A DNA stretch of 64,000 nucleotides from Rhodospirillales bacterium (lineage in GTDB: Bacteria; Pseudomonadota; Alphaproteobacteria; Rhodospirillales; Rhodospirillaceae). How positions within the stretch are numbered: position 1 is the stretch's first letter; each line of letters begins with the position of its first letter. Location of the stretch: the NCBI GenBank assembly GCA_028281845.1, contig JANQJD010000013.1:11615-75614 (forward strand), written 5' to 3'. The position numbers and the translations under genes are program-made. The notes under the pieces were generated by a model that worked only from the letters and a program-made list of their open reading frames with translations, was not told the DNA's origin and made no database searches. Shown here piece by piece: positions 1 to 10,577 of the stretch.

Positions 1-88
1 GAGTCTTTGCAATCTGCCGTGCAGGAGTGAGAGCAGGCCCTGTGATGAGCGTTGCGCCGATATCAAAGAAGATAATATACGTACGCAT
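1..88 (-). CDS. 5' end of a possible HAD-like hydrolase ORF that runs off the window (partial)
   Basis: Minus-strand ATG at 88-86, then MRTYIIFFDIGATLITGPALTPARQIAKT. FFDIGATL loosely resembles HAD motif I. Only 29 codons are visible. Confidence 0.3.
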   Translation of the reverse strand, partial: MRTYIIFFDIGATLITGPALTPARQIAKT

Positions 89-294
89 TTTTAAAATCCT
101 CATAATATGAGTGTAAAGATTCTGACATTAATTGAAAGAATTTATCTTATTAATTACTTTTTTGACTGTCGATACAACAGTATACCGTGCTAGATGTGGG
201 GGATTCTTATAGATCCGGCAAGACTTTTTGCCCAGCAAACTGCATACCATATCGCCCCCTGACTGGGCGCGGCCCCATCCTCCAGGAGAGGCTC

Positions 295-759
295 ATGACT
301 GATTACACCTCAGAAGACGCGAAAATGGCAAACACGCCGCTCGTTATCCATGGACAATACGTTAAGGATTTATCGTTCGAAGCACCGAACGTGCCCACGA
401 TATTCCAAGAGATACAACATGCCCCCACTGTATCAATTCATGTAGACATTGAGACTCGCGAGCTTGAACACAATACGTTTGAAGTCACTCTGAGTTATCA
501 GATTAAAAGCATGATTGAAGACAAGGTTGCTTTTATCCTAGAGTTGATGTATGCGGCCGTGGCGAGCGTAAATGTCCCGCAAGAGCACGTGCAGCCGATG
601 GTCATGATAGAGGTACCGCGGCTTCTGTTTCCATTTACGCGTTCTATTGTTGCTGAGATCAGTAGGGATTCTGGATTTCCACCCCTGATCATGGCGCCTA
701 TAGACTTCGTGTCTCGCTACAGCCAGCAATTAGAGAAACGGGAACACGTTGCTGCCTGA
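295..759 (+). CDS. secB: protein-export chaperone SecB
   Basis: ORF 187-759 trimmed to ATG 295, which is preceded by GGAGAG. About 154 aa; the PLVIHGQYVKDLSFEAPN..FEV pattern is typical of SecB. Confidence 0.85.
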   Translation: MTDYTSEDAKMANTPLVIHGQYVKDLSFEAPNVPTIFQEIQHAPTVSIHVDIETRELEHNTFEVTLSYQIKSMIEDKVAFILELMYAAVASVNVPQEHVQPMVMIEVPRLLFPFTRSIVAEISRDSGFPPLIMAPIDFVSRYSQQLEKREHVAA

Positions 760-779
760 AATACGAGGAGAGTTGAACT

Positions 780-1394
780 ATGAGCGTTGACAGGACCGTT
801 CTGGTCGGCCGTGAGGTCCCAGATTTCACTGCCCCTGCTGTGATGCCCAATAATGAGATTATCGAAAATTTTAATCTCCAGGAGCATTTGAGAGGGTCTT
901 ACGGGGCAATTTTTTTCTACCCATTGGATTTTACATTTGTATGTCCGTCTGAAATATTGGCGCACGCACACCGTTTACAGGCCTTTCAGGAAAGAACCAT
1001 AAAGGTAGTTGGTGTCAGTATTGATTCTCAATTCACGCATCTGGCCTGGAAAAATACTCCAGTTAATAGAGGAGGTGTTGGAAACATACAGTTCCCTTTG
1101 GTAGCAGATCTGAAAAAAACTATCTCCCGGTCTTTTGGCGTTCTGGTGGAGGAATCCATAGCGCTGCGCGGCACGTTCCTGATCGATCGGTCCGGGATTG
1201 TGCGGCACCAGGTTGTCAATGACTTACCGTTAGGCCGTAACGTAGATGAATTCTTACGAGTAGCTGATGCCCTACAATTTCATGAAGAGCACGGCGAGGT
1301 CTGTCCAGCTGGTTGGCAGAAGGGTCATCCAGGCATGGAGGCAACTCCTGCTGGGGTCTCTGCTTATTTAGCGCAGCACGCTGAGAAGCTGTAG
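780..1394 (+). CDS. typical 2-Cys peroxiredoxin (AhpC/Prx1 subfamily)
   Basis: 204 aa. Peroxidatic Cys motif DFTFVCPSEI and resolving Cys region GEVCPAGW. GAGGAG RBS upstream. Sits next to trxB. Confidence 0.92.
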   Translation: MSVDRTVLVGREVPDFTAPAVMPNNEIIENFNLQEHLRGSYGAIFFYPLDFTFVCPSEILAHAHRLQAFQERTIKVVGVSIDSQFTHLAWKNTPVNRGGVGNIQFPLVADLKKTISRSFGVLVEESIALRGTFLIDRSGIVRHQVVNDLPLGRNVDEFLRVADALQFHEEHGEVCPAGWQKGHPGMEATPAGVSAYLAQHAEKL

Positions 1395-1655
1395 TTCTAG
1401 TCGTTACTGACGTATGTGTATGTACGGTACTGCGGTGCGGCTTCCCCTGACCGTGGCCGCTTTGTCGTGGCCAGAGTGTGCTCTAGTACTCTCCACAGAC
1501 CACAGACGCACCGTATAAAAATTGCCAGGCGTGTCCCCCTATATCCCCTAGAAGAGGGGGGGGCACGGACTGGCGGTTCTTTTGAGAAAGCGTGAAAGAA
1601 AAAAGAAAAGAGTGGAAACGCAGGAAGAATCAGAGGGGAATATCCCTATGGCGTA

Positions 1656-1683
1656 AACAGATTCGTTTCAACAGATTCGTTTC
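1656..1683. repeat. perfect tandem duplication, 2 x 14 bp (aacagattcgtttc)
   Basis: Read directly. Intergenic, 13 nt upstream of the trxB start. Confidence 0.9.
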
Positions 1684-1696
1684 ATAAGAGGAGATT

Positions 1697-2638
1697 ATGG
1701 CAAACTATCACGCAAAGGTGCTCGTTGTGGGTTCTGGTCCTGCCGGTTGTACAGCAGCAATTTATTCTGCTCGTGCCAATCATCACACAATTTTAGTCGA
1801 AGGACTACAACCTGGTGGTCAGTTAACCATCAGCCTCGAGGTTGAGAACTACCCAGGCTTTGAGCAAGCTGTCCAAGGCCCTTGGCTCATGGAAAAGATG
1901 ATGGCACAGGGAAAGCATGCAGGTGTGGTAGTGATGGAAGATTCTATTGTGAAAGTAGATTTACAGGAAAGACCATTCACAGTGACTGGCGATTCTGGTG
2001 CTATTTACACAGGAGAAACTCTCATTGTTTGCACAGGAGCATCCGCAAGATGGTTAGGAATTGAAAGTGAGGAACGTTATAAAGGATTCGGTGTCTCAGC
2101 TTGTGCTACCTGTGATGGATTCTTCTTCGTTGGGAAGGAGGTTTGTGTTGTCGGTGGTGGTAATGCGGCTGTGGAAGAGGCGCTTTCTCTGACGAATCAT
2201 GCGACACGGGTGACTCTCATCCACCGTCGTAATTCGTTTCGAGCTGAGCGGATGATGCAAGACCGTCTGTTCGCTAATGAAAAAATCCATGTGGTCTGGG
2301 ATACAGTTGTCGAAGAAATATTGGGCGAAGAAAGACCGCCGTCTGTAAAAGGTCTAAAAGTAAAAAATGTAAAGACGAATAGAATATCTATTATTAAAAC
2401 TGATGGACTCTTTGTTGCCATCGGACACATTCCAAACACTGATTTGTTCAAAGGACAGCTCTCTCTTGATGCAGAGGGTTACATTATAACTGCCCACGAC
2501 TCCACAGCAACTAACATTCCTGGTGTCTTTGCCGCTGGAGATGTTCAGGATCCTGTTTATCGTCAAGCTGTAACAGCTGCAGGAACGGGGTGCATGGCCG
2601 CTATAGAAGCGGATCGTTTCCTTACCCTATATCTCTAG
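1697..2638 (+). CDS. trxB: thioredoxin-disulfide reductase
   Basis: 313 aa. GSGPAG FAD motif, redox-active CATCDG, GGGNAA NADPH motif. AGAGGAG RBS. Confidence 0.93.
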   Translation: MANYHAKVLVVGSGPAGCTAAIYSARANHHTILVEGLQPGGQLTISLEVENYPGFEQAVQGPWLMEKMMAQGKHAGVVVMEDSIVKVDLQERPFTVTGDSGAIYTGETLIVCTGASARWLGIESEERYKGFGVSACATCDGFFFVGKEVCVVGGGNAAVEEALSLTNHATRVTLIHRRNSFRAERMMQDRLFANEKIHVVWDTVVEEILGEERPPSVKGLKVKNVKTNRISIIKTDGLFVAIGHIPNTDLFKGQLSLDAEGYIITAHDSTATNIPGVFAAGDVQDPVYRQAVTAAGTGCMAAIEADRFLTLYL

Positions 2639-2876
2639 GGCTTACCTTATATATATTTATATAGGGTCATTGCCTAACACGGCGACATATGAGCGGAGCG
2701 AGCAGTCGATTGACTCTTCACGCGTTCTTAGCGTCTCTTTCCGCCTCAGAAGGCAAGAGGATTTTTCAACAGACAGCTTTTCTGACAGACAGACTCAGAC
2801 TCTCTGCAGAGGAACGTTCACCTTTGAAACATCATCCTAATGACATGGTTTATCTGAGGCGCTCTCTTACTCTTAA

Positions 2877-2902
2877 TGTTGTCGTTTATTGTTGTCGTTT
2901 AT
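2877..2902. repeat. perfect tandem duplication, 2 x 13 bp (tgttgtcgtttat)
   Basis: Read directly. In the trxB/MFS gap, inside the dubious ORF 2689-3060. Confidence 0.9.
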
Positions 2903-3190
2903 TTTCCTTCTCCTCTATGCAACATGGCCCTCACTATCATCACCTTTTAGAAGAAGGAGTCATCCAGACTGCTCTAACCTGCGGCAGGAAGCGCTACTAC
3001 GTGAAGAGGGACATTGCTAGGGAAACTATCTTCGCAGCCGTCCCGAGCGACTTCTTTTGAAGGGTATCCATTTTCCAGATTGATTTCAACCCCTGCCTGA
3101 GGGTATGTACAAGTTCTCTGTCGCGCTGGCAGCAAGCGGTTTTTGCTATGCGGCTTTGGCCGCCAAAGAGGGCTGAAGGGGAATCGTATC

Positions 3191-4462
3191 ATGACACTGG
3201 GGACGAAAACCATAGACCGTCGTCTGGTTGTACTCGGAGCAGTTGTGATTCAATTTGCATTGGGAGCCCTTTATGCTTGGCCTGTTTTCACACCAGTTCT
3301 GAAGGAAGCGGGTTGGAGCAAGCTTGACACGCAGATCATTTTTTCTGCCAGCTTAGGTACCGTAGCCGTAGTCATGATATGGGCAGGCCGTTACATGGTG
3401 CGGTTGGGCCATCGACGATTAGCTGTTGGTAGTGGGTTGGTGTTGGGTAGCGGTTATGTCCTGGCTGGTCTCTTGGGCGGCACCAGTTTTCCTGTTGTCG
3501 TTTTATGTATAGGCGTTATAGGCGGGATCGGTATTGGCACTGGGTATATGGTGCCAATTGCCATTGGGATGCGTTGGTTTCCCGATCGCCGTGGCATGAT
3601 TGCCGGGATTTCTGTTGCTGGGTTTGGATTCGGTGCAATGGGATGGGTCAAGCTAGCCGGGGAATGGGGTCTTCTCATAGAGACCTATGGTCTTGATCTC
3701 ACTTTCATCTTCTATGGCTTGGCTTTCATGATTCTCGTTTTAAGCGGCAGCACATGGATGATTCTGCCACCAGAAGGATGGTGCCCCCCAGGATGGACAC
3801 CCTCTCTTGCCGCGGCAAGCGTGACTGCACAGCGGGAGTATACAAATCGTGAGATGCTGCGAACGAGACAGTTTGTGTTGCTATTCTTGATTTTTATTGT
3901 GAGTGGTGGGGCCGGCTTAATGTCTATTGGGCTGATGAAACTTTATCCCATGGAGGCACTAGAGGCGAGCGGTCTGTCGCGTAGTGAAGCAAGCGCTGTT
4001 GCTGGGACCGCTATGGCAGTATTTTTCAGCATTGCCAACGGAATTGGCCGCATTGCCTGGGGTACAATTGGCGACCGTATCGGTCCATTGCGAGCACTGA
4101 TGGTGATGACCTTCAGCCAAGGGGTAATGTTACTCCTTTTTACTGCCATGGCAGGTCATGAAATGCTGCTCTATTGTGGGGCGACTGTGATAGGGTTCAA
4201 CTTTGGTGGCAACTTTGCTTTGTTCCCTAGCATTACGGCGAGTACTTTCGGCCCTAATAGCGTGGGACATAATTACCCGTTGGTCTTCATAGCTTATGGA
4301 GTAGGGGGAATTTTTGGTCCTATTCTTGGTGGTGTTTTGGGTGATCTTGGTAACTTCCCACTTGCTTTTACCCTATGTGGCAGCGCTTGCTTGGGAGGAA
4401 CTGCAGTGATTTATCTGTTGTGGCCACGATCAGTACAAGAAGGAGCAGGTGCAGCAAGATGA
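3191..4462 (+). CDS. MFS transporter, oxalate/formate antiporter (OFA)-like
   Basis: Polytopic hydrophobic protein of about 423 aa with MFS-like two-halves organisation. ORF 3143-4462 trimmed to ATG 3191 (MTLGTK). Confidence 0.72.
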   Translation: MTLGTKTIDRRLVVLGAVVIQFALGALYAWPVFTPVLKEAGWSKLDTQIIFSASLGTVAVVMIWAGRYMVRLGHRRLAVGSGLVLGSGYVLAGLLGGTSFPVVVLCIGVIGGIGIGTGYMVPIAIGMRWFPDRRGMIAGISVAGFGFGAMGWVKLAGEWGLLIETYGLDLTFIFYGLAFMILVLSGSTWMILPPEGWCPPGWTPSLAAASVTAQREYTNREMLRTRQFVLLFLIFIVSGGAGLMSIGLMKLYPMEALEASGLSRSEASAVAGTAMAVFFSIANGIGRIAWGTIGDRIGPLRALMVMTFSQGVMLLLFTAMAGHEMLLYCGATVIGFNFGGNFALFPSITASTFGPNSVGHNYPLVFIAYGVGGIFGPILGGVLGDLGNFPLAFTLCGSACLGGTAVIYLLWPRSVQEGAGAAR

Positions 4463-4628
4463 GGCCATGTGATTTTCTCGCGATGCAATATTCTTTTGCC
4501 CTTTGTTTGCGACATCCCGAGAAAATCACACACGTGTCTCCACAAAACGCGATATACACAGCACAGAGACTACACGACTGCTGCCCTGTCTCCTCTTTCT
4601 AGGAAAACAAAACCTGACGACAGGTAGG

Positions 4629-5648
4629 ATGGATAGCATGTCTGTCGCAAAACTCCCCATGTGGCTCAATCAGGACGGTAGCAGTCATCTGAGCATGGAA
4701 AGACTGGAGGAGCGGCAGCGACGTGTCCTGGTTATCAAATTCGGGGCACTAGGAGATCTTGTGCAAGCGATGGGATCTTTTTCTGCAATTCGTCTGTATC
4801 ATGCAACGGCTCTCATCGTCCTGCTCACAAGGAAGTCTTATGCACACTTTATGCGTAGTAGTCCCTACTTTGATGCCGTATGGGTAGATGAAAGACCAAG
4901 GGTATGGCAAATGCACTCACTGTTTTCTTTGCGTGCAATGTTGCGAGGGGGACGGTTTAGTAGAGTCTATGATCTTCAAACGTCTGATCGTTCATCATGT
5001 TATTTTTGGTTAATGGGTCAGCCGGTATGGTCCGGCGTTTCTCGTGGCTGTGCTTATCCGCACGCCAACCCTAACCGCAATTCTCTGCATAGCATCGACC
5101 GTCAGGCAGAACAGCTTGCAATCGCTGGTATCCCTGTAACGCCAGCACCAGATCTGTCATGGGTACGAGTTGATAACACACGTTTTCATAATCTTATCCA
5201 AGAACGTTTTGTGCTCTTCGTCACTGGTGGAGCATCACACCGGCTTCATAAGCGTTGGCCGGCTGAGCATTATGCTGCGCTTGCGGTGCGAATCACACAG
5301 GGTGGCTGCACACCAGTCTTTGTGGGCCGCCGTCATGACGGCCCCCAGATATCGAAGATAACAGCAGATTGTCCACGATCAGTCAATTTGTTCGAGCAGA
5401 CGACTCTTGCCGATTTGGTAGGATTGGGACGAAATGCGGTCGCCGCTGTTGGCAATGATACAGGCCCAATGCATCTGCTAGCGGCAAGTGGATGTCCATG
5501 TGTGGTATTGTATGGGCCATCATCGGATCCGAGCCTCTGTGCACCACGCGGGCATCATGTGATTACATTGCGCTGTTCTCACTTGGCGGATCTGCCGGTC
5601 GCTGCAGTGGAAGCAGTTCTAGCTGGCTTTTTAGAGGGAGCATTTTAG
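4629..5648 (+). CDS. glycosyltransferase family 9 (LPS heptosyltransferase-like)
   Basis: N-terminal VLVIKFGALGDLVQA and C-terminal GNDTGPMHLAA are typical GT9 signatures. Start set to ATG 4629 within ORF 4503-5648. Confidence 0.75.
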   Translation: MDSMSVAKLPMWLNQDGSSHLSMERLEERQRRVLVIKFGALGDLVQAMGSFSAIRLYHATALIVLLTRKSYAHFMRSSPYFDAVWVDERPRVWQMHSLFSLRAMLRGGRFSRVYDLQTSDRSSCYFWLMGQPVWSGVSRGCAYPHANPNRNSLHSIDRQAEQLAIAGIPVTPAPDLSWVRVDNTRFHNLIQERFVLFVTGGASHRLHKRWPAEHYAALAVRITQGGCTPVFVGRRHDGPQISKITADCPRSVNLFEQTTLADLVGLGRNAVAAVGNDTGPMHLLAASGCPCVVLYGPSSDPSLCAPRGHHVITLRCSHLADLPVAAVEAVLAGFLEGAF

Positions 5649-5748
5649 AAAATGCAAGCGGATATATTCTTTAAAAGAAGAATTAATTATATATTTCTCT
5701 TTCTATACGGGAAATATCACATGTATAGTCAGTAGAGAGATGATTCCT

Positions 5749-5768
5749 TTAGGCAGTATTAGGCAGTA
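5749..5768. repeat. perfect tandem duplication, 2 x 10 bp (ttaggcagta)
   Basis: Read directly. In the gap between the GT9 gene and the dnaJ 3' end. Confidence 0.9.
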
Positions 5769-5796
5769 TCATGAATTGGTCTTTTTATATGAAATT

Positions 5797-6969
5797 TCAA
5801 TCTTTAAGACCTTCCCACAACTCTTTTACCTTTTTAAAGAAACTAGAGGACTCTGGTGATTGCGTGTGTGTATCACAGGTTTTTTCGAATTCACGTAGCA
5901 ATTCCTCTTGATGCCGAGTCAAATTGAGAGGCGTTTCTACTTGTACTCGTATAAAAAGATCGCCACGTGCTGGCGAACGCAATACACTCATGCCCTTGCC
6001 TTTCATACGGAACTGCTGGCCAGTTTGTGTACCAGCTGGAATGGTCAGCTTGGACCTTGTCCCGTCAATGGCAGGCACTTCTACTGTACCACCAAGCGCA
6101 GCAGTGACCATGGCAATAGGTACTAGGCAATGAATATTAGCACCATCCCGTTGAAAAAGTCGGTGTGTGGCGACTGACAGGAAAAGATACAGATCGCCCG
6201 CAGGTGCACCACGCAAGCCCGCTTCCCCCTCACCGCCCAGCCGAATGCGCATGCCATCCTCTACACCAGCTGGAATATTCACTTGGAGTGTTTTGTCCTT
6301 GTGTGTACGCCCATTCCCCCCGCAGTTCCGGCATGGATCCTTAACAACACGTCCTTGGCCCTGACAGGTAGGACATGTCCGCTCGATAGTGAAGAAACCT
6401 TGCTGCGCCCGAATCTTACCGACCCCGTGACAAGTGTTACAAGGAGCAGGCCCAGAACCGCCAGCAGAGCCTGTTCCTTTACAGCTTTCACATACAACAG
6501 CAGTGGGAACACGAATTTCTGTTGATTTCCCGGCAAAGGCTTCTTCCAGCGTGATCTCAAGATTAAAGCGCAAGTCCGCCCCTCTTCGGGTACCGCTCCC
6601 GCCTGTATTACGCCGTTCCCCCCCACCAAGGACTTCCCCAAACATTTCGTCAAAAATATCGGCAAAGCCGAAACCGCCACTAAAATGAAAATCAAACCCA
6701 CTGCCACGCCCCCCTCCAGAGGAGGCCCCTCCAGAGGAGGCCGGATCGAATGCCGCATGACCATATCTGTCATACGCTGCTCTTTTTTGTTCGTCCTTTA
6801 GGATTTCATAGGCTTCATTGACTTCTTTAAACTTTGTTTCAGCAGATTTATCTCCTGGGTTGCGATCTGGGTGCCAACGCATGGCCAACTTGCGGTAAGC
6901 ATTCTTCAGGTCAGAATCACTCACTCCTTTAGAAACACCCAGTATTTCATAAAAATCACGTTTGCTCAT
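5797..6969 (-). CDS. dnaJ: molecular chaperone DnaJ
   Basis: J-domain with HPD (WHPDRNPGD), a G/F-rich region, and four CxxCxGxG zinc-finger repeats. Lies immediately downstream of dnaK. Confidence 0.97.
   Translation of the reverse strand: MSKRDFYEILGVSKGVSDSDLKNAYRKLAMRWHPDRNPGDKSAETKFKEVNEAYEILKDEQKRAAYDRYGHAAFDPASSGGASSGGGRGSGFDFHFSGGFGFADIFDEMFGEVLGGGERRNTGGSGTRRGADLRFNLEITLEEAFAGKSTEIRVPTAVVCESCKGTGSAGGSGPAPCNTCHGVGKIRAQQGFFTIERTCPTCQGQGRVVKDPCRNCGGNGRTHKDKTLQVNIPAGVEDGMRIRLGGEGEAGLRGAPAGDLYLFLSVATHRLFQRDGANIHCLVPIAMVTAALGGTVEVPAIDGTRSKLTIPAGTQTGQQFRMKGKGMSVLRSPARGDLFIRVQVETPLNLTRHQEELLREFEKTCDTHTQSPESSSFFKKVKELWEGLKD
6711..6740. repeat. perfect in-frame tandem duplication, 2 x 15 bp (cccctccagaggagg) inside dnaJ
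   Basis: Read directly. Encodes [10 protein letters not shown] in the G/F-rich linker. Confidence 0.9.
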
Positions 6970-7015
6970 GGCAGTATATGCCTGGAAATATAAAAGAAAT
7001 AAAAGATATTAAGAT

Positions 7016-8920
7016 TCACTTTTTATTATCCTTCACTTCTTCAAAATCAGCATCAACAACTTTTTCTTCTGATTCTGACTTTTCTCTATTGTCATGAGTA
7101 GTGTCTGCACTGCTATGCTGCTGATACATGACCTCACCTAGCCGCATGCTTGACAGAGTCAGAGCCTCTGTACAGGTCTTAATTTTGCTAGTCTCGTCTG
7201 CAGCCATTGCCTCCTTGAGGTTAGCGAGATCAGTTTCTATTTTTTGTCGCTCTGCAGCCGGTACCTTGTCACCATATTCCCTGAGATTCTTTTCTGTTGA
7301 ATGCAGAATGGCGTCTGCATGGTTGCGTGTCTCAACAGATTCGCGCCGAGTCTTATCGGCAGCAGCATGCTGCTCAGCTTCTGAGACCATGCGTTCTATT
7401 TCACTCTCTGATAAACCACCTGACGCCTGAATACGAATAGCTTGTTCCTTACCAGTAGCCTTGTCCTTCGCAGCGACATGCACAATACCGTTCGCGTCAA
7501 GGTCAAAAGTCACCTCAATCTGAGGCATGCCACGCGGGGCAGGAGGGATACCGACCAGATCAAATTGTCCCAGTAACTTATTATCAGTGGCCATTTCACG
7601 TTCGCCTTGAAAGACTCGAATGGTCACCGCTGTCTGTCCATCCTCTGCGGTGGAAAATACTTGACTTTTTCTTGTTGGTATAGTTGTATTTCTATCAATC
7701 AAACGCGTAAAAACGCCACCTAAAGTTTCTATTCCAAGAGAGAGCGGTGTGACATCCAGCAAGAGCACATCCTTCACCTCACCTTTGAGGACACCCCCCT
7801 GTATGGCGGCGCCTATTGCTACGACCTCATCAGGGTTGACTCCCTTATGGGGTTCTCGCCCAAAAAAATCTTTCACTACCTGCTGAACCTTGGGCATACG
7901 AGTCATGCCCCCGACAAGAATCACCTCGCTAATGGTATTGGCCTTTATACCGGCATCTTTTAGAGCATTACGACATGGATCAATAGTACGTCCTATAAGA
8001 TCTTCAACTAATACTTCTAATTTAGCGCGAGTCAGCTTGATATTCAGATGTTTCGGCCCACTGGAGTCTGCTGTAATAAATGGCAGATTGACCTCAGTTT
8101 GCACCGTTGCGGATAACTCGATTTTGGCCTTTTCTGCTCCCTCCTTCAGTCGCTGAAGCGCAAGACGATCCTTCCTGAGATCAATACCGCTTTCTTTCCT
8201 GAACTCCTCAGCAAGATATTGGATCACGCGCGCATCAAAATCCTCCCCGCCAAGAAACGTATCACCGTTGGTCGATTTGACCTCGAATACGCCATCCCCT
8301 ATTTCCAGAATAGAAACGTCAAAAGTGCCCCCCCCCAGGTCATAAACTACTATCGTGCCAGACTTCTTATTTTTGTCCATCCCATAGGCAAGGGCTGCAG
8401 CGGTTGGCTCGTTGATAATACGTAGTACGTCAAGGCCTGCAATCCTGCCGGCGTCTTTAGTGGCTTGCCGCTGGGAATCGTTAAAGTAAGCCGGCACCGT
8501 GATAACAGCCTGTGTCACAGGTTCACCTAGATAAGTTTCTGCTGTTTCCTTCATCTTCGTAAGAACAAAGGCGCTAATCTGACTTGGGCTATATTGTTTC
8601 CCTTGTACTTCAACCCACGCATCTCCGTTTTCAGCCCGTACTATTCGATAGGGGACAAGCTCCTTATCTCTTTGCGTAACTGGGTCATCAGCCCGGCGAC
8701 CAATCAGCCGTTTGATAGCAAACAGGGTCTTCTCAGGATTAGTGACAGCCTGACGCTTGGCAGCTTGACCGACCAGACGCTCACCATCATCGGTAAATGC
8801 TGCCATAGACGGTGTCGTGCGCGCACCTTCACTATTTTCAATAACGCGCGCATCCTTTCCTTCCATAAGGGCAACGCAGGAGTTTGTAGTGCCAAGATCG
8901 ATGCCGATGACCTTGCTCAT
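7016..8920 (-). CDS. dnaK: molecular chaperone DnaK (Hsp70)
   Basis: [14 protein letters not shown] start, DLGGGTFD, and full-length Hsp70. ORF 7016-9001 trimmed to the canonical start at 8920. Confidence 0.98.
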   Translation of the reverse strand: MSKVIGIDLGTTNSCVALMEGKDARVIENSEGARTTPSMAAFTDDGERLVGQAAKRQAVTNPEKTLFAIKRLIGRRADDPVTQRDKELVPYRIVRAENGDAWVEVQGKQYSPSQISAFVLTKMKETAETYLGEPVTQAVITVPAYFNDSQRQATKDAGRIAGLDVLRIINEPTAAALAYGMDKNKKSGTIVVYDLGGGTFDVSILEIGDGVFEVKSTNGDTFLGGEDFDARVIQYLAEEFRKESGIDLRKDRLALQRLKEGAEKAKIELSATVQTEVNLPFITADSSGPKHLNIKLTRAKLEVLVEDLIGRTIDPCRNALKDAGIKANTISEVILVGGMTRMPKVQQVVKDFFGREPHKGVNPDEVVAIGAAIQGGVLKGEVKDVLLLDVTPLSLGIETLGGVFTRLIDRNTTIPTRKSQVFSTAEDGQTAVTIRVFQGEREMATDNKLLGQFDLVGIPPAPRGMPQIEVTFDLDANGIVHVAAKDKATGKEQAIRIQASGGLSESEIERMVSEAEQHAAADKTRRESVETRNHADAILHSTEKNLREYGDKVPAAERQKIETDLANLKEAMAADETSKIKTCTEALTLSSMRLGEVMYQQHSSADTTHDNREKSESEEKVVDADFEEVKDNKK

Positions 8921-9203
8921 GTCAATCCTCTTTATTGTCAGCAGCGGTATTCCACGATCTCGCCTGATCTCATCAGCAGGCTCAAAACAGGAGTGCCGCA
9001 CAATTGCCGGACCTATATAGGATGGCTTTTCTGTCCCTGCAACCCAAGGGAGGTTTCAGCAAGGCGTAAACAAAAAAGAGTCTCTCGAAAGGACCGTCAA
9101 AAAGAAATTATCGCCTTCCCCTTGGCAAGGCACCCGCTAGAATGTAGAATAATAATAATGAGGGATATCTTTGGCGTCTTTCATGACGAGGAGGCACACC
9201 CCA

Positions 9204-9452
9204 ATGATCCATTACAGCCTACGCTGCGTACGAGAGCATCATTTTGACGAATGGTTCGAGAATAGCAGTGACTATGAGAACAGAGCTTTGGCAGGTGCTA
9301 TTGCTTGTCCCACCTGTGGTGACACCCATATTGATAAGGCTGTTATGGCTCCGAATGTAAACGGGGCCGGCCGGTCAGTCGATCCAGTCCCACCTCCATC
9401 ATGTGGTTTAGGAGGATGTGGAAGCGGTATGTGTGGTTTAAGCAGTTTTTAA
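9204..9452 (+). CDS. DUF1178 family zinc-ribbon protein, short form with a Cys/Gly-rich tail
   Basis: The MIHYSLRC..H.FDEWF....Y......G...CP.CG pattern matches the DUF1178 N-terminus. GAGGAGG RBS sits 9 nt upstream of ATG 9204. Only 82 aa. Confidence 0.6.
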   Translation: MIHYSLRCVREHHFDEWFENSSDYENRALAGAIACPTCGDTHIDKAVMAPNVNGAGRSVDPVPPPSCGLGGCGSGMCGLSSF

Positions 9453-9619
9453 TAAAAAATAATCACAAAGACTACCTTCTACCTTCAGAGACGTGCCCCC
9501 TGCCTCTGCGTGGGGGGCAGTCTGGCAGCGCTTTGCGAATGCCCACCGAAAAAGCAGGTGGTAACGCTCCCCTTTCTGGGGCGTGTGTTCAGAAGGCCAT
9601 CAACGGGAAAATTTTCACA

Positions 9620-10540
9620 TCATATATTGTCTGCAATAAATGCTACTAATAAAATCGATCCATACCAAAGATTAGAGCGAAACTTGGCTAAGCAGTTGGT
9701 CCTGTCATGGACGTTAAGAGTTGTGACCTGCCAAGTCAGATTGATTCCCGCCAAGAAAATCCCAAGCAAAAAGACACCGCCACCGCCGGCCAGAAGACCA
9801 GCAATAGCTGCAAGAACCCAAGCACATGCATAGAAGAAAGCCACAGCTGATTGCGTCCATTCGCCCAGTACAAGGGCTGAGGATTTGACGCCAATTAACA
9901 TATCGTCTTCTCTATCCTGATGAGCGTAGATAGTATCATAGCCTAGTGTCCAGAACAGGCCAGAGGCATAGAGAATGACTGCTGGAATGTCTATATTCCC
10001 GGTGACGGCGCTCCATCCCATCAAGCCCCCCCAATTAAAGGTAAAACCAAGCCAAAGCTGCGGCCAGAAAGTGATTCGTTTCATGAATGGATAGCTGAAC
10101 ATTAGTCCTAATGAGGACGTCCCTAAACAGATGGCAAAATTGTTCAGCTGTACTAATATGCAAAATCCAGTAAGAAGTTGTAAAATCAGGAAAAAAATAG
10201 CGTTGCGCGGTGAGATTGCTCCGCTAGGAAGGGGGCGTGTCGCTGTGCGGGTGACTTGAGAATCAAAATGGCGGTCAACGATATCATTGTAGGTACAGCC
10301 AGCACCACGCATCACTAAAGCGCCAATGCTAAACCATGTTACGAGACTCCCCGTCGTTGCGGGTGTCACACCGTGTGAATCACTGGCTAAGACGAGATTC
10401 CACAAGCATGGCAGCAAAAGAAGCCACGTCCCAATAGGGCGATCGAGCCGCATCAACTGCAAATACGGTCGTGCAGCCGCTGGGAACCAGCAGTAAATCC
10501 AGCTTTTTGCTGGAATATCAGAAAAAGAAACTCTACTCAT
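9620..10540 (-). CDS. ubiA: 4-hydroxybenzoate polyprenyltransferase
   Basis: 306 aa polytopic protein. First Asp-rich motif YNDIVDRHFD and second motif YAHQDREDD are typical of the UbiA prenyltransferase family. Confidence 0.85.
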   Translation of the reverse strand: MSRVSFSDIPAKSWIYCWFPAAARPYLQLMRLDRPIGTWLLLLPCLWNLVLASDSHGVTPATTGSLVTWFSIGALVMRGAGCTYNDIVDRHFDSQVTRTATRPLPSGAISPRNAIFFLILQLLTGFCILVQLNNFAICLGTSSLGLMFSYPFMKRITFWPQLWLGFTFNWGGLMGWSAVTGNIDIPAVILYASGLFWTLGYDTIYAHQDREDDMLIGVKSSALVLGEWTQSAVAFFYACAWVLAAIAGLLAGGGGVFLLGIFLAGINLTWQVTTLNVHDRTNCLAKFRSNLWYGSILLVAFIADNI

Positions 10541-10577
10541 TATAGTATAAAGCGCCCTGAAGGTAGCACAACTTTTA

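Noticed and set aside
1531-1566. G/C-rich hairpin downstream of the peroxiredoxin gene, and a 6-7 bp hairpin after nrdJ (32098-32116), as intrinsic terminators
   Set aside because: The stems exist, but neither is followed by a proper T-run, so support is too weak to list them as terminators.
9012-9049. Sigma-32 type heat-shock promoter for dnaK (minus strand CTTGGG ... CCTATATAG)
   Set aside because: Both hexamer-like elements are present, but by my count the spacer is about 21-23 nt, which is too long for the RpoH consensus spacing. It is not reported as a feature.
8594-9247. Long antisense or alternate-frame ORFs inside well-supported genes (for example 6279-6773, 8594-9247, 14661-15113, 20169-20555, 27424-27840, 28595-29134, 29080-29535, 31035-31514, 38115-38949, 46337-46792, 55608-56153, 56644-57315)
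   Set aside because: Each lies wholly or largely inside a conserved gene in another frame or on the other strand. The translations are Arg/Ser/Pro-rich, as is typical of out-of-frame reading of coding DNA at about 50 percent GC or higher.
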